From NCBI GenBank assembly GCA_048940645.1, contig JBHLOI010000022.1, positions 1 to 51,530 on the forward strand: a stretch of 51,530 nucleotides of DNA, written 5' to 3'. Of this stretch, positions 1-10,259 are shown piece by piece. Below the pieces are notes generated by a model. That model did no database searches and was not told the DNA's origin. It saw only the letters and a program-made list of their open reading frames with translations. A program made the translations under genes and the position numbers. The stretch comes from Promethearchaeota archaeon. Lineage in GTDB: Archaea > Asgardarchaeota > Lokiarchaeia > Sigyniarchaeales > SOKP01. Each line of letters begins with the position of its first letter. Positions within the stretch are counted from its first letter, which is position 1.

Positions 1-251
1 GCCCACGATCCATCACCGCTACACCATGTATAGTTACCCACAGTATGAGACCAATTACCATCAATATGGATAAACTGAAGATTCCAATCCCCCGATTTTT
101 TCGGATTTTTTAAACTCATCTTGTCTTGAGCCTCTAGGGCTCCATTATTTTGCTCCTGATTATTGAAGATAAAAAAGTTGCTAATGCTCAAAAATACTAC
201 AACTATCCCCAAAAATACTATATTTACTTTGATGAATGTTTTATTTCTCAT
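1..251 (-). CDS. 5' part of a secreted/surface protein, probably the Lokiarchaeia-type NosD/right-handed beta-helix family; runs off the window
   Basis: Not in the ORF track. ATG at 251, open to the window edge: MRNKTFIKVNIVFLGIVVVFLSISNFFIF...KKSGDWNLQFIHIDGNWSHTVGNYTWCSGDGSW. Hydrophobic signal anchor followed by the IHIDGNW/WCSGDGSW motif that typically precedes beta-helix repeats. Confidence 0.65.
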   Translation of the reverse strand, partial: MRNKTFIKVNIVFLGIVVVFLSISNFFIFNNQEQNNGALEAQDKMSLKNPKKSGDWNLQFIHIDGNWSHTVGNYTWCSGDGSW

Positions 252-612
252 CTAATTTCGCTCAAATATAATTGTATTACATAAAGGATTAATAATTATA
301 AATTTAATATTTTTGCAAAATTTTATGAGAAGATTTCACCCTCAGCTTCCAGTGTGAGCCTCTCTTTATAAAAAAAGTACTTTTAATTTTTAAACAATAA
401 CTCATTCGGGCTTCAATCACTTGGTTATTACCACTTTTTTATGTAATTTATGTAGAACTGATCACCTCAATTGATTTTTAGAGTAATATTTACGGGTTAA
501 ATTTACCCTTTCTTACAAATTGTACAAAATCGATCGCTCTAAACGATCATAATTGAGTTAATCAATAAAAAAAAATGAAAAACTTTCATTTTCTATCACA
601 AAAAATTAAATA

Positions 613-641
613 ATGATCAAAATGGATCATAAAGTTTAAAT
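613..641 (+). promoter_or_regulatory. hdrA promoter: palindrome ATGATC-N6-GATCAT abutting BRE/TATA (AAAG-TTTAAA)
   Basis: Perfect 6-bp inverted repeat at 613-630, directly followed by aaagTTTAAAt (631-641), about 55 nt upstream of the ATG at 695. Confidence 0.45.
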
Positions 642-694
642 GTGAGAATAACTCAATTTGATATTAAAATTCTTTTTTTGGGGATTTAACAATA

Positions 695-3457
695 ATGGAA
701 GGAAGTGTTTTAGTAGTAGGTGGGGGAATCGCTGGAATCCAAACTTCTCTTGATTTAACGGAATTAGGCTTTAAAGTGATCCTGGTGGAAAAAAACGCAT
801 CAATAGGAGGTCATATGGCCCAGTTTGATAAATTATTTCCGCAAAATGACTGCTCATTATGTATGCTTTCACCCAAAATGGTTGCAATTTATAGAAATCC
901 CAATATAGAGTTGTTTACTTTATCTGAAGTGCAACATGTTAGTGGAAGTGCTGGAAATTTTAAAGTTTCTATTTTAAAGCATCCTAGATATGTTGATGAA
1001 TCTAAATGTAAAGGATGTGGTGATTGTGCTGCAAAATGTCCAAAAATAGAGACTCCTAATCTTTTTGATATGAACTTAGGCAAAAGAAAATCAATATATA
1101 TGCCTTTTCCTCAAGCAACTCCTCCAGTATATGTAATAGATCCTGATTTATGCCTTTATATAAACAGAAATGTATGTGGAGTATGTCAAAAAGTATGCAA
1201 AGGTGAAGCTATCGATTTTAATCAAGAACAGCAGGAAATAGAACTTAATGTAGGCGCAATCGTAATTGCCACTGGATTCAACATGCTTGTTAAAGAATTA
1301 CATTTTAAATGGGGATATCAACATAAGAATGTGGTTAATGCTTTAGAATATGAAAGAATACTCTGTCCAACAGGTCCATTTGGTAACCAAATCTTACGAC
1401 CAAGTGATGAGACAGAGCCTAAAAAGATTGCCTTCATTCAATGTGCGGGATCTGGGTATTTGGAGAATCATACTCCTTATTGTTCTCGGGTGTGCTGTAT
1501 GTATACTGCAAAAAATGCAATCTTAACAAAAGAATATACAGAGAATACACAAATATCTGTATTTAGGCATAACATTCGCGTTTTTGGTCGTGATTTTTAT
1601 GAATACACTAAAAATGCTCAAGTTGAGCATGGTATTAAGTATATTAATAGCAAAATAGATAATATTGAAGAAGAACCAACATCAAATGATTTAATAATAC
1701 ATTATAAAGATATGAAAACTGGAAAAGATGAAACTTATAGAGCAAATTTAGTAGTTCTAGCAGCACCTTTAGTACCTTCAAAGGGGGCTAAAAAATTAGC
1801 TAAAATTTTGGGAATTGAATTAGATCAATATAACTTTTTTAAATCACAATCATACTTTAATAAATCTTTATCTACAAAGGAAGGAATATATTTATGTGGT
1901 TTTAGTCAGAGCCCAATGAATATATCAGAAACTGTAGCCAATGCCAGTGGAATTGCAGGTGAAATAGCAACATTACTGGCGCCAGTAAGATATTCACAAA
2001 TAAAAGAAAGGGAAATTGATATATTACCAGAAGAAAATATAATTAATATGACTCCAAGGGCATTAGTAATTGGGGGCGGAGTCTCGGGAATGACTGCGGC
2101 ATTAAGTCTAGGAAACCAGGGATTTGAAACAATTCTTTTAGAAAAGGAAAGTCAACTAGGAGGTAATATTAATAGCATTTACGTATTATACCCTACTAAG
2201 CAAAATAGTACAGATTTCCTTTTTAATCTTGAAGAAGAAGTCAGAAAAAATACAAATATTAAAATTTTTCTAAATTCTCAAATCGAAAACATTACGGGAT
2301 CAATAGGAAATTACCAGATATCAATTTTAGATATAAATAATAAACCTCATGATATAAAAGCTGGGATTATAATAATTGCAACGGGGAGTCAAGAATTTAA
2401 ACCAATTGGACTCTTTCAATACAACAAAGATAATAAACAAGTTTTAACGCTTTTAGAACTGGAAAAAAAACTAAAGGCTAAGGATAAATCTTGGCTTAAT
2501 AAAATAAAACATATAACTATTATCTTGTGCGTGAAAGCGAGACAAAAAGAAGGATTTTCATATTGTTCAAATGTATGTTGCAGTAATGCAATAAAAAATA
2601 TTAATATCTTAAAAGAAATTAATCCAAAAGCTGAAATACATGTATTATTCAGAGATCTTCATATGGCTAAAAAAGAACTTGAAGATATATTTAGTGAAAG
2701 AAAAAATATCGCGGATTATGTTAGATATGATCTTGAAAATATTCCTGAAATTGTTAAAGTGGGGCAAAATCCTGAAAGATATTTAATTAAACTACGAGAT
2801 GATATCCGCCCAAATAAGATTATTGAATTTAATTCAGATTTAATTATATTAGCAACTCCCATGGTTCCTCCTGATGATTTAGATATTTTATCAGAAATGC
2901 TTAGTATTCCGCTTGACGTAAATGGATTCTTCATTGAAGCACATTCAAAATTAAGACCTTTAGATTTTACAGGGCATGGGATATTTGTGTGTGGGTGTGC
3001 TCAGTGGCCTAAAAATATCCAAGATTGCATTTCAGAAGCAAAAGGCGCAGCAGGAAGAGCGAGTAGATTTTTAAGTCTAAAAAAGATTTCAACCACAAAA
3101 CTAGAATTACTCTCATTTCTGCTATCAATTGAGTGCTTCTTTAAAGATATGAGAGTAAATTCCGAAAAATGTAACGGTTGTGGTAGATGCGCTGAAGTAT
3201 GTCAATTTAAAGCTATCTCATTAACTGATCTCAAACAAGAATATGAGGATGTTAGTATTCCTACAAAAAAGGCGCATATCAATCCTGCCATCTGTAAAGG
3301 ATGTGGAAAATGTTCAGCAACATGCAGATTAAAAGCGATTAATCCCAGACATTTTGATTTTAAACAAATTTCAGCTATAATTGATCCATATTTCCTAGAA
3401 AGGGCAGAAGTTGAACAAAACGCACATAAAGAGATACAATCTTTCATTATTAAGTAA
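695..3457 (+). CDS. hdrA: Heterodisulfide reductase subunit A-like flavoprotein with tandem FAD modules and ferredoxin domains
   Basis: Two GGGxxG FAD motifs, DKLFPQNDCSLC, CxxCxxCxxxC ferredoxin motifs (inserted and C-terminal), YCSRVCC and YCSNVCC clusters, EAHSKLRP, GCAQWPK. Confidence 0.92.
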   Translation: MEGSVLVVGGGIAGIQTSLDLTELGFKVILVEKNASIGGHMAQFDKLFPQNDCSLCMLSPKMVAIYRNPNIELFTLSEVQHVSGSAGNFKVSILKHPRYVDESKCKGCGDCAAKCPKIETPNLFDMNLGKRKSIYMPFPQATPPVYVIDPDLCLYINRNVCGVCQKVCKGEAIDFNQEQQEIELNVGAIVIATGFNMLVKELHFKWGYQHKNVVNALEYERILCPTGPFGNQILRPSDETEPKKIAFIQCAGSGYLENHTPYCSRVCCMYTAKNAILTKEYTENTQISVFRHNIRVFGRDFYEYTKNAQVEHGIKYINSKIDNIEEEPTSNDLIIHYKDMKTGKDETYRANLVVLAAPLVPSKGAKKLAKILGIELDQYNFFKSQSYFNKSLSTKEGIYLCGFSQSPMNISETVANASGIAGEIATLLAPVRYSQIKEREIDILPEENIINMTPRALVIGGGVSGMTAALSLGNQGFETILLEKESQLGGNINSIYVLYPTKQNSTDFLFNLEEEVRKNTNIKIFLNSQIENITGSIGNYQISILDINNKPHDIKAGIIIIATGSQEFKPIGLFQYNKDNKQVLTLLELEKKLKAKDKSWLNKIKHITIILCVKARQKEGFSYCSNVCCSNAIKNINILKEINPKAEIHVLFRDLHMAKKELEDIFSERKNIADYVRYDLENIPEIVKVGQNPERYLIKLRDDIRPNKIIEFNSDLIILATPMVPPDDLDILSEMLSIPLDVNGFFIEAHSKLRPLDFTGHGIFVCGCAQWPKNIQDCISEAKGAAGRASRFLSLKKISTTKLELLSFLLSIECFFKDMRVNSEKCNGCGRCAEVCQFKAISLTDLKQEYEDVSIPTKKAHINPAICKGCGKCSATCRLKAINPRHFDFKQISAIIDPYFLERAEVEQNAHKEIQSFIIK

Positions 3458-3512
3458 AGCTTATTTTTTTCTCTTTAAATTTAAAAAAAAAATGTAAAAA
3501 AGTAATAGAAGT

Positions 3513-4850
3513 TTATTGAACAATAAATTTCTTCTTTTTCCTTGATTTTATGTATAAATAATAAGCATTTATCACTACAAAGAAACCGATTATTGTCCAT
3601 TGAAATGGTGGGTAGTCTGTAAGTATAGATAAACCAAGAAGAGTTAGAAGCAAATTAGTAGTTATATCCTTTATAAATTCACTTTTTTCCATCGATACAT
3701 CTAATTTTTCACGAATTATTCTATCTGTATCAATTTCTATTAAGTATTCTTCTATTAGATTCTTTAGTTCGTCATCTTCTTCCATGTAATTTAATGCTTT
3801 GTTTGGATTTATTATCCAATCATTCATTATCGCATTAGTAATAAATGCCTTCACTTCAAACTTAAATGCTTCTTCTATAAACTCATAAAATTCCTTCAAA
3901 TCAAATTTTTCATCATCCATTTCATTTGATAAGGCTGAAAATCTCCCAAATATAGATTTCTTTTCGAATTCCTTAGGAAAATCAAACATACTCCTTAAAG
4001 CATTAGTATATTTTGTATCATAAAATACATTTCTCTCTTTTCCTCTAAAGACTGGAACCATTGGAATGAAGAAACCGTCCTCGATATTATGGATTTGTAT
4101 AACCTCAGCAAATCTTCTATTTAATGATAAGAGCTCTTTCACAATATAGCGTCCAATTTGATAAATCACGAATAACGTCTTGGTCACATCTTGATTAGAT
4201 GTATTACATTTAAGTATTAATTTGTCTTCATCAAAATAACCTTCTAAATTTCCCTTCTTAAGAAAAAAATGCTTAGTTATTTCAAATTTCTTATCTACTT
4301 CAACGTTATAGTTCAAAATTCTTGCTTTTGGGAATAAACTGGATAAAAAGTGATAAGGTTTATAATTACTACCTGGGATCTTGAAAGCTACATAAATTTC
4401 ATGAGATCCATAAGGAATAGTATAAGATTTCCAATTAAAATCCAATTTTGGTTCCTTGCTTTTTAATTCTTTACCTGGAGTCTCAAGATAATAAACATGA
4501 CAACCTTCGGAAATGGTAAACCTGATCTCTTTCTCAAACCGTAGTTTTTTTAAAGCTCCACCAAGCTCAGGAATATCATAATTCAATTTATTTTCAAACA
4601 AATTAAATTTATAATCAAAGTTTTTTATCCCTGATTTGATGAGAAGATGTATCAAATTCATCTTTGAATTTACAGTTCCCTTTCTCAATATTTTAAGTAT
4701 TTGGTTTTCTAAAAAGGCAATTTGAGCTTTCTTCTTCTGTTTTTTCTCCTCCATGGGACTAATTTTTGCTTCCTCTTCCTCTACTAATAGTTCAGCATCT
4801 ATTCTTTCATCATCAATCAAAAAATCTTCTTTAGCAATTTTTTTACTCAT
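3513..4850 (-). CDS. Hypothetical membrane protein: possible N-terminal winged helix, two C-terminal TM helices
   Basis: 445-aa ORF. C-terminal hydrophobic hairpin (LLLTLLGLSIL / WTIIGFFVVINAYYLYI) followed by a basic tail. Confidence 0.7.
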   Translation of the reverse strand: MSKKIAKEDFLIDDERIDAELLVEEEEAKISPMEEKKQKKKAQIAFLENQILKILRKGTVNSKMNLIHLLIKSGIKNFDYKFNLFENKLNYDIPELGGALKKLRFEKEIRFTISEGCHVYYLETPGKELKSKEPKLDFNWKSYTIPYGSHEIYVAFKIPGSNYKPYHFLSSLFPKARILNYNVEVDKKFEITKHFFLKKGNLEGYFDEDKLILKCNTSNQDVTKTLFVIYQIGRYIVKELLSLNRRFAEVIQIHNIEDGFFIPMVPVFRGKERNVFYDTKYTNALRSMFDFPKEFEKKSIFGRFSALSNEMDDEKFDLKEFYEFIEEAFKFEVKAFITNAIMNDWIINPNKALNYMEEDDELKNLIEEYLIEIDTDRIIREKLDVSMEKSEFIKDITTNLLLTLLGLSILTDYPPFQWTIIGFFVVINAYYLYIKSRKKKKFIVQ

Positions 4851-4973
4851 AATTATCCCCTTAAATTCAAATTTATTTCAAATTGATTTACCTAAATAAT
4901 TTTTGATTATATAAATTTAATACTATTTATTCCCTATTTTGGTCATTGATTTTGGAAATTAAAAAGAATCAGT

Positions 4974-6206
4974 TTATAATCCTTCTTTGGGATTATCGAC
5001 TTTTTTAGCAAGAATATATAAAATTACTATTACTAAGACGAGGAGAAACGAGATTAATAAAACCGTAAAATAAACCGCTTGAATTCCTCCATGAAGATAA
5101 ATCAGAGCATACATAATAGGGACAAGAGCAATTCCAATAAATTGTCCTGCCGTTGTTAACCCTGCTAAAGCTCCACGCCTATACTTAGATAAAGTTTGAC
5201 TATAATACATTATAGAAGGCAGAAGAGTTCCGCCTGCTGCGCCTGTAAAGACTAATCCTATGGTGGTAAAGACAAGGATCCTTATTTCAGACCATTTCGG
5301 GTCATTTCCCAACAACAAAAAAGTGAGGATACTTATAAATAGAAAAATTAACCCCATGATAATTGCGATCTTAACTCCTTTAAATTTAATAATATTACCA
5401 AATATTACTCCCGTGATAGCTCCTGTGATTCCCGCTGAACCTACAACAAGCCCTGCAATGTTTGGGGGAATCTTTCCAGTAAAAGATATTGATGTCCAAG
5501 TTATTATCGCTAAATAAGTCTGAGTTACTAAGAATGCAGAAAAAATCAATAAGATAACAACTTTACGACGAATTTCCTGTGAAATATGTTTAAAAAATAC
5601 ACGCATTCCTGATTTTTGATTAGATTTTTGAGAAGTATTTTTTACGCTTATTATTATAGTAAATCCTATTAGTATAATTATAATAAAAATAAGGTATAGA
5701 TATCTCCATCCTAATACAACCATTTGGCCTGCTATAATTGGCCCAAATCCAACACCTAAATTAGCCACAGCTCCTAAATATCCCATTTTTGCAGGAATAT
5801 TTCGACTGGATGTAATATCTGCCAGTAAAGCAATTAAAACTGGATTTACAAATCCAAAACCAATTCCTCCTAAGACATTTGAGACTACATACATCTCTAA
5901 AGAAAAAGAAATAGCAGCAATCGTCATTCCTATTCCAAAAATAATTAATCCAAATAAAATTACTTGAAATCTCCCTTTAATATCGGAAATTGCTCCTGAA
6001 AACAACTGAGTAATAGCAAATGGAAACATAAATGCTGGAATCGCAATTGGTATAGCATCTATACTTACACTAAATTCTGTTGAGAGTACTCCAAATAATA
6101 CTAAAATAACGTTTCCTGTCAGAGGTCCTAAAGCAAATAATAAATAAATTACAAATTCAATAATAAATTTACTTTTTCTTGGTATTTCTTTTCTATTTTC
6201 CTGCAT
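4974..6206 (-). CDS. MFS transporter (DHA1/Bcr-CflA-like)
   Basis: About 12 TM helices; motif A GAISDIKGR; motif C-like GFGPIIAG. Confidence 0.9.
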   Translation of the reverse strand: MQENRKEIPRKSKFIIEFVIYLLFALGPLTGNVILVLFGVLSTEFSVSIDAIPIAIPAFMFPFAITQLFSGAISDIKGRFQVILFGLIIFGIGMTIAAISFSLEMYVVSNVLGGIGFGFVNPVLIALLADITSSRNIPAKMGYLGAVANLGVGFGPIIAGQMVVLGWRYLYLIFIIIILIGFTIIISVKNTSQKSNQKSGMRVFFKHISQEIRRKVVILLIFSAFLVTQTYLAIITWTSISFTGKIPPNIAGLVVGSAGITGAITGVIFGNIIKFKGVKIAIIMGLIFLFISILTFLLLGNDPKWSEIRILVFTTIGLVFTGAAGGTLLPSIMYYSQTLSKYRRGALAGLTTAGQFIGIALVPIMYALIYLHGGIQAVYFTVLLISFLLVLVIVILYILAKKVDNPKEGL

Positions 6207-6284
6207 GAATTGACTATTTATTTTACTTTATATGATAAACTGAATTAGCTACAAAGATTATTAAATCTTTAGTTTATGAAATCT

Positions 6285-6308
6285 TTCGTGAAAGACCAGT
6301 TTCACGAA
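6285..6308. promoter_or_regulatory. Perfect 9-bp inverted repeat, candidate operator between divergent MFS and sulfatase genes
   Basis: TTCGTGAAA-gaccag-TTTCACGAA. Confidence 0.45.
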
Positions 6309-6367
6309 TATTTTGTAAAAATATGGAGAATTTACTTTATATTTCACAAATTATTTAATAAATCATT

Positions 6368-7669
6368 GTGAGTGAAAATCCTAATATTATTTTATTTATA
6401 ACTCATGATCAAGGGCAATATCTTGGTTGCTATGATTCACCTCAAACACCAAATTCTTTAAAAACTCCTAATTTAGACAAAATTGCTAAGAATGGTGTGA
6501 GATTTACTAATTACTTTTGTACCGCGCCGCAATGTAGTCCAAGTAGAGGAAGTATACAAACATCATTATATCCCCACCAAAATGGACTTATGGGACTCGT
6601 GGATAGGGGATGGACTTTACCAGAAATAAATAAAACACTTCCGATGTATCTAAAAGAAAATGGATATACTACACATTTATTGGGATTTCAGCATGAAGTT
6701 TTTAATGCATATACATTAGGATATGATACAATTAGCAAGCGAAGACCAGAAATGTTGTATAGTTGTCAAAAAATGAATAAAAACTATCAAGAATTTTTTA
6801 AAACACATCAGAATGATGATAGTCCTTTCTATGTGTGTATAGGAGTTGCTCAAGTGCATCGACCTTTCGGAGTTTGGGGGGATCCTGTAGATCCAAATAG
6901 CGTGATTATTCCCCCTTATTTACCAGATAATAAAATTGTAAGAGAAGACTTATCTCAATTTTATGGTGCAATTCAAGGAGTCGATAATTGTATTGGGAAT
7001 ATTATAAATCAATTAGAAGATCTTGATTTAAGGGAAAATACTTTATTCATTTATACCACTGACCACGGAGAAGCATACCCTAGAGCAAAATGTACCTTAT
7101 ATGATCCAGGTATAAAAACCCTTCTCTTGATGTCGTGCCCAAACTCAAATACTATTCAACAAAAGACTGTATATAATCAAATGATCAGCAATCTAGATTT
7201 ACTCCCTACAATTTTAGACTTAATAAAGGCTGAAATACCGAATAGAGTTGAAGGGAAGAGCTTTTTACCACTTTTAAAGGGGAAAACAGAGATATTTAGA
7301 GAAGAAATATATTCAGAAAAAACTTTTCATGAAATATATGATCCTATTCGAAGCATTAGAACTGAAAAATATAAATTTATACTCAATTTTGAAAAATCAA
7401 AAAAGTTATATCAACTTGGGATGGATATACAACAAGATGCATTAGGTAAATACATGTTAAAATTAATAAATAAACCTAGACCTAACGAAGAACTCTACGA
7501 TCTTAAAAATGATCCTGATGAAAAAATAAATCTAATTAACAATTTGGATTATAAAGATATTATTTTAGAACTAAAAGATAAATTAATTAATTGGATGAAA
7601 CAAACTAAAGATCCACTTCTCAAGGGTAAGGTTGAGGATCAAAAAAAAGAACCACCAAGAAAATACTAA
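6368..7669 (+). CDS. Cys-type sulfatase (N-sulfoglucosamine sulfohydrolase-like)
   Basis: PNIILFITHD, formylglycine motif CSPSR, TTDHG, ELYDLKNDPDE; GTG start. Confidence 0.92.
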   Translation: MSENPNIILFITHDQGQYLGCYDSPQTPNSLKTPNLDKIAKNGVRFTNYFCTAPQCSPSRGSIQTSLYPHQNGLMGLVDRGWTLPEINKTLPMYLKENGYTTHLLGFQHEVFNAYTLGYDTISKRRPEMLYSCQKMNKNYQEFFKTHQNDDSPFYVCIGVAQVHRPFGVWGDPVDPNSVIIPPYLPDNKIVREDLSQFYGAIQGVDNCIGNIINQLEDLDLRENTLFIYTTDHGEAYPRAKCTLYDPGIKTLLLMSCPNSNTIQQKTVYNQMISNLDLLPTILDLIKAEIPNRVEGKSFLPLLKGKTEIFREEIYSEKTFHEIYDPIRSIRTEKYKFILNFEKSKKLYQLGMDIQQDALGKYMLKLINKPRPNEELYDLKNDPDEKINLINNLDYKDIILELKDKLINWMKQTKDPLLKGKVEDQKKEPPRKY

Positions 7670-7701
7670 TTTTTTAATAATAAAAAAAAAAGAATTTGAA
7701 T

Positions 7702-8787
7702 TTATTCTCTTTTAAACATAGATTTAATCTCTTTTTCACATAAGAAGAATCCAATTGCGATAGGGAATCCAAACACTATGAAGTAAAAAGAAGCTGCAAT
7801 TGCCATATATCGACAAAAGTTTACTTTAAAGAGTGTTCCTATTGAACCAATAAAAAGAATAACTGCAACAGTCAGATAATAATATCCCATTATTGTTATC
7901 GTGAATATATCATCGGCAGTAGGCGTATCAGTATATAAACCAGCAACTATATCTACCATTAATATCGCTAATAACGCGTATAACATTATAAATACCGCGA
8001 ACAATAAAGATACTAATGATACTATTCTCAAGGCAGTCTTTCTGTTGATTTTTGGTACGTCAGCAGTTTCCATTGGATGATCCTGTATATTACGACCTAC
8101 ATAAAGGATTAACATTAATGGTAAAAAGATATATAGCGCAATCTCAAACATTACTGCAAATTCGCGCTCACCATAATAAACTAGAGGTGAAATCACCATT
8201 AGTACGAGTGACAAACCAGTAGCAATTAAAAATAATTTCGACGCATCTTTGAATCCTTTTCTTATGAAGTAAAATGATAGGAGGAGTACGAAAATAACTA
8301 TTGCATCACCGACTAAATAAAAAGGGCTAAGAGTATGTTGAGGAACCCATGTCCAGCCGAGTATATCTAAATGGGGAATTTGAATATCACCCCACATACT
8401 AGACCATAAGTTCATTTCTAATTCATTATGGAAAAATTGGTCAATAAAGAAATGAGAAAGTCCAGCAGCAGCTACGACGCAGTATGCATTTTTCCAATTT
8501 ACCTCTCTAATCCCACTATCTTCAAATTTTAATGGAAATCCCTTTTCCGACCTTACTAAGGAAAATCTAGAAGCATACGTCCACACTAATGAATAAGGAA
8601 TTGCCAATATGAGAAATCCTAAAATTGAATGAAATGGTGTCACAAAAAAGAGGTTGACGATATCCGGTCCCCATAAACAGTTTATGAAGAAAATTATAGC
8701 AACTTTATAGTTAAATTTGTTCTTTGTGAAATACATAAGAGGTATTAACACGCAAAATCCATAAAAAAGATGTCCAAAAGTTGGCAT
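7702..8787 (-). CDS. Membrane-bound metal-dependent hydrolase-like protein (YdjM-like)
   Basis: Multi-TM, with N-terminal GH, PD, FHS and SHFFID motifs. Confidence 0.65.
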   Translation of the reverse strand: MPTFGHLFYGFCVLIPLMYFTKNKFNYKVAIIFFINCLWGPDIVNLFFVTPFHSILGFLILAIPYSLVWTYASRFSLVRSEKGFPLKFEDSGIREVNWKNAYCVVAAAGLSHFFIDQFFHNELEMNLWSSMWGDIQIPHLDILGWTWVPQHTLSPFYLVGDAIVIFVLLLSFYFIRKGFKDASKLFLIATGLSLVLMVISPLVYYGEREFAVMFEIALYIFLPLMLILYVGRNIQDHPMETADVPKINRKTALRIVSLVSLLFAVFIMLYALLAILMVDIVAGLYTDTPTADDIFTITIMGYYYLTVAVILFIGSIGTLFKVNFCRYMAIAASFYFIVFGFPIAIGFFLCEKEIKSMFKRE

Positions 8788-8923
8788 TATAACATCATCA
8801 ATTTGTAATTAAATAGGTTTAAACATAGTTCGAGAAAGTTATATATAAAGATTATTTAAAATTAAAAAAATAAATAAAAGTTTCCAAAATTAATATATAT
8901 TTAATTATATATCGCAATTTATT

Positions 8924-9895
8924 ATGTCATTTCGAGGGATACAGAATGCTTATAGAAGAATAAGATCATTTGCTATTAAAACACCTGTAATGACTTCAAC
9001 TACATTGAATTCTATTACTAATGCTCAAGTATATTTAAAATGTGAAAATTTTCAAAGAGTAGGCGCATTTAAGTTCCGAGGAGCTTTCAATGCATTGAAT
9101 ATGCTTCCCAAAGAAGATAGAGAACGCGGAGTAATTACACATTCAAGTGGAAATCATGCTCAAGCTGTTGCCTTGGCAGCTTCTATTTTAGGAATAAAAG
9201 CTACAATAGTAATGCCTAAAGGAGCGCCTATTAATAAGATCAATGCAACAAAAGATTATGGAGCAGAAATTGTATTTTGTGAAAATACACTCGAAGCAAG
9301 GGCTCAAAAAACAGATGAAATAATAAAGGAAAAGAAATATGCCTTGATTCATCCTTATAATAATGATGATATTATAAATGGTCAAGGAACTGCAGCTTTT
9401 GAATTGATTAGGGAGACAGGAAGATTAGATTTGGTAGTGGCTCCTCTTGGGGGCGGTGGCTTGCTAAGTGGAACTGCTATTGCCACGAAAAGTTTTAACC
9501 CAAGAGCTCAGGTTATTGGAGTAGAACCATCAATGGCTGATGACGCATTAAGATCAATTCAAGAAGGACATATTATTCCAAGTACATATCCTAATACTAT
9601 AGCCGATGGATTACGTACATCTCTTTGCGAAAGAACGTTTAAAATTATTCAAGAGTTAGTTGATCAAATTGTAACCGTCTCAGAGAATGAAATTCTTGAT
9701 GCAATGAAGTTCATATGGGAACGTATAAAAATAATTGTTGAACCTTCTGGTGCTGTTCCATTAGCAGCGCTCCTTTCTAAAAAAATTAATGTGGAAGGAA
9801 AGAAAGTTGGGGTAATTTTAAGTGGAGGTAATATTGATATAGACCCTTTTTTTGATCTGTTAAGAAAAAAAATCATTGAAGTTAAAGAAAAGTAG
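8924..9895 (+). CDS. PLP-dependent serine/threonine dehydratase or serine racemase family protein (no ACT domain)
   Basis: KCENFQRVGAFKFRGA (PLP Lys), SSGNH, GGGGL, EPSGA, SGGN. Confidence 0.93.
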   Translation: MSFRGIQNAYRRIRSFAIKTPVMTSTTLNSITNAQVYLKCENFQRVGAFKFRGAFNALNMLPKEDRERGVITHSSGNHAQAVALAASILGIKATIVMPKGAPINKINATKDYGAEIVFCENTLEARAQKTDEIIKEKKYALIHPYNNDDIINGQGTAAFELIRETGRLDLVVAPLGGGGLLSGTAIATKSFNPRAQVIGVEPSMADDALRSIQEGHIIPSTYPNTIADGLRTSLCERTFKIIQELVDQIVTVSENEILDAMKFIWERIKIIVEPSGAVPLAALLSKKINVEGKKVGVILSGGNIDIDPFFDLLRKKIIEVKEK

Positions 9896-9896
9896 A

Positions 9897-10256
9897 TTAG
9901 TCATCTACATCTGGAATATCGTTTATTATCTTAAAATTACCTTTTGTAACCTGAATTAACATATTTACGGTATTTTCCCATAGAGTTTCCATTATATCTT
10001 GAATTTTATTAAAATCTGTTTTATCCTGAAACTTAAGTGTAATTTGTTGTATCTCATTGTCGATGGTTATATATATTGGAATATCTTCTCTTAAACCCCC
10101 GAACATTTTTAACATAATAATGATTTCTTTCGGTTCTGCAATCTTTCCTTTAATTTGATTCTTTAAGGTTAAATAAATAGTTAAATTGGGTTTATCAATC
10201 TTTATATCTATAGATTTTTTTAACATATTTTTTAAGATCGGATATAATTCTTCCAT
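9897..10256 (-). CDS. Hypothetical protein
   Basis: 119-aa ORF starting 3 nt after the CocE gene stop; probably co-transcribed. Confidence 0.7.
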   Translation of the reverse strand: MEELYPILKNMLKKSIDIKIDKPNLTIYLTLKNQIKGKIAEPKEIIIMLKMFGGLREDIPIYITIDNEIQQITLKFQDKTDFNKIQDIMETLWENTVNMLIQVTKGNFKIINDIPDVDD

Positions 10257-10259
10257 TTT

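Noticed and set aside
80-115. Apparent frameshift at the homopolymer runs in the first partial gene
   Set aside because: Recounting the C5/T6 runs shows the frame is continuous
695-3457. HdrA as a selenoprotein (some archaeal HdrAs contain Sec)
   Set aside because: No in-frame TGA, the ORF ends in TAA, and no SECIS-like hairpin is visible downstream
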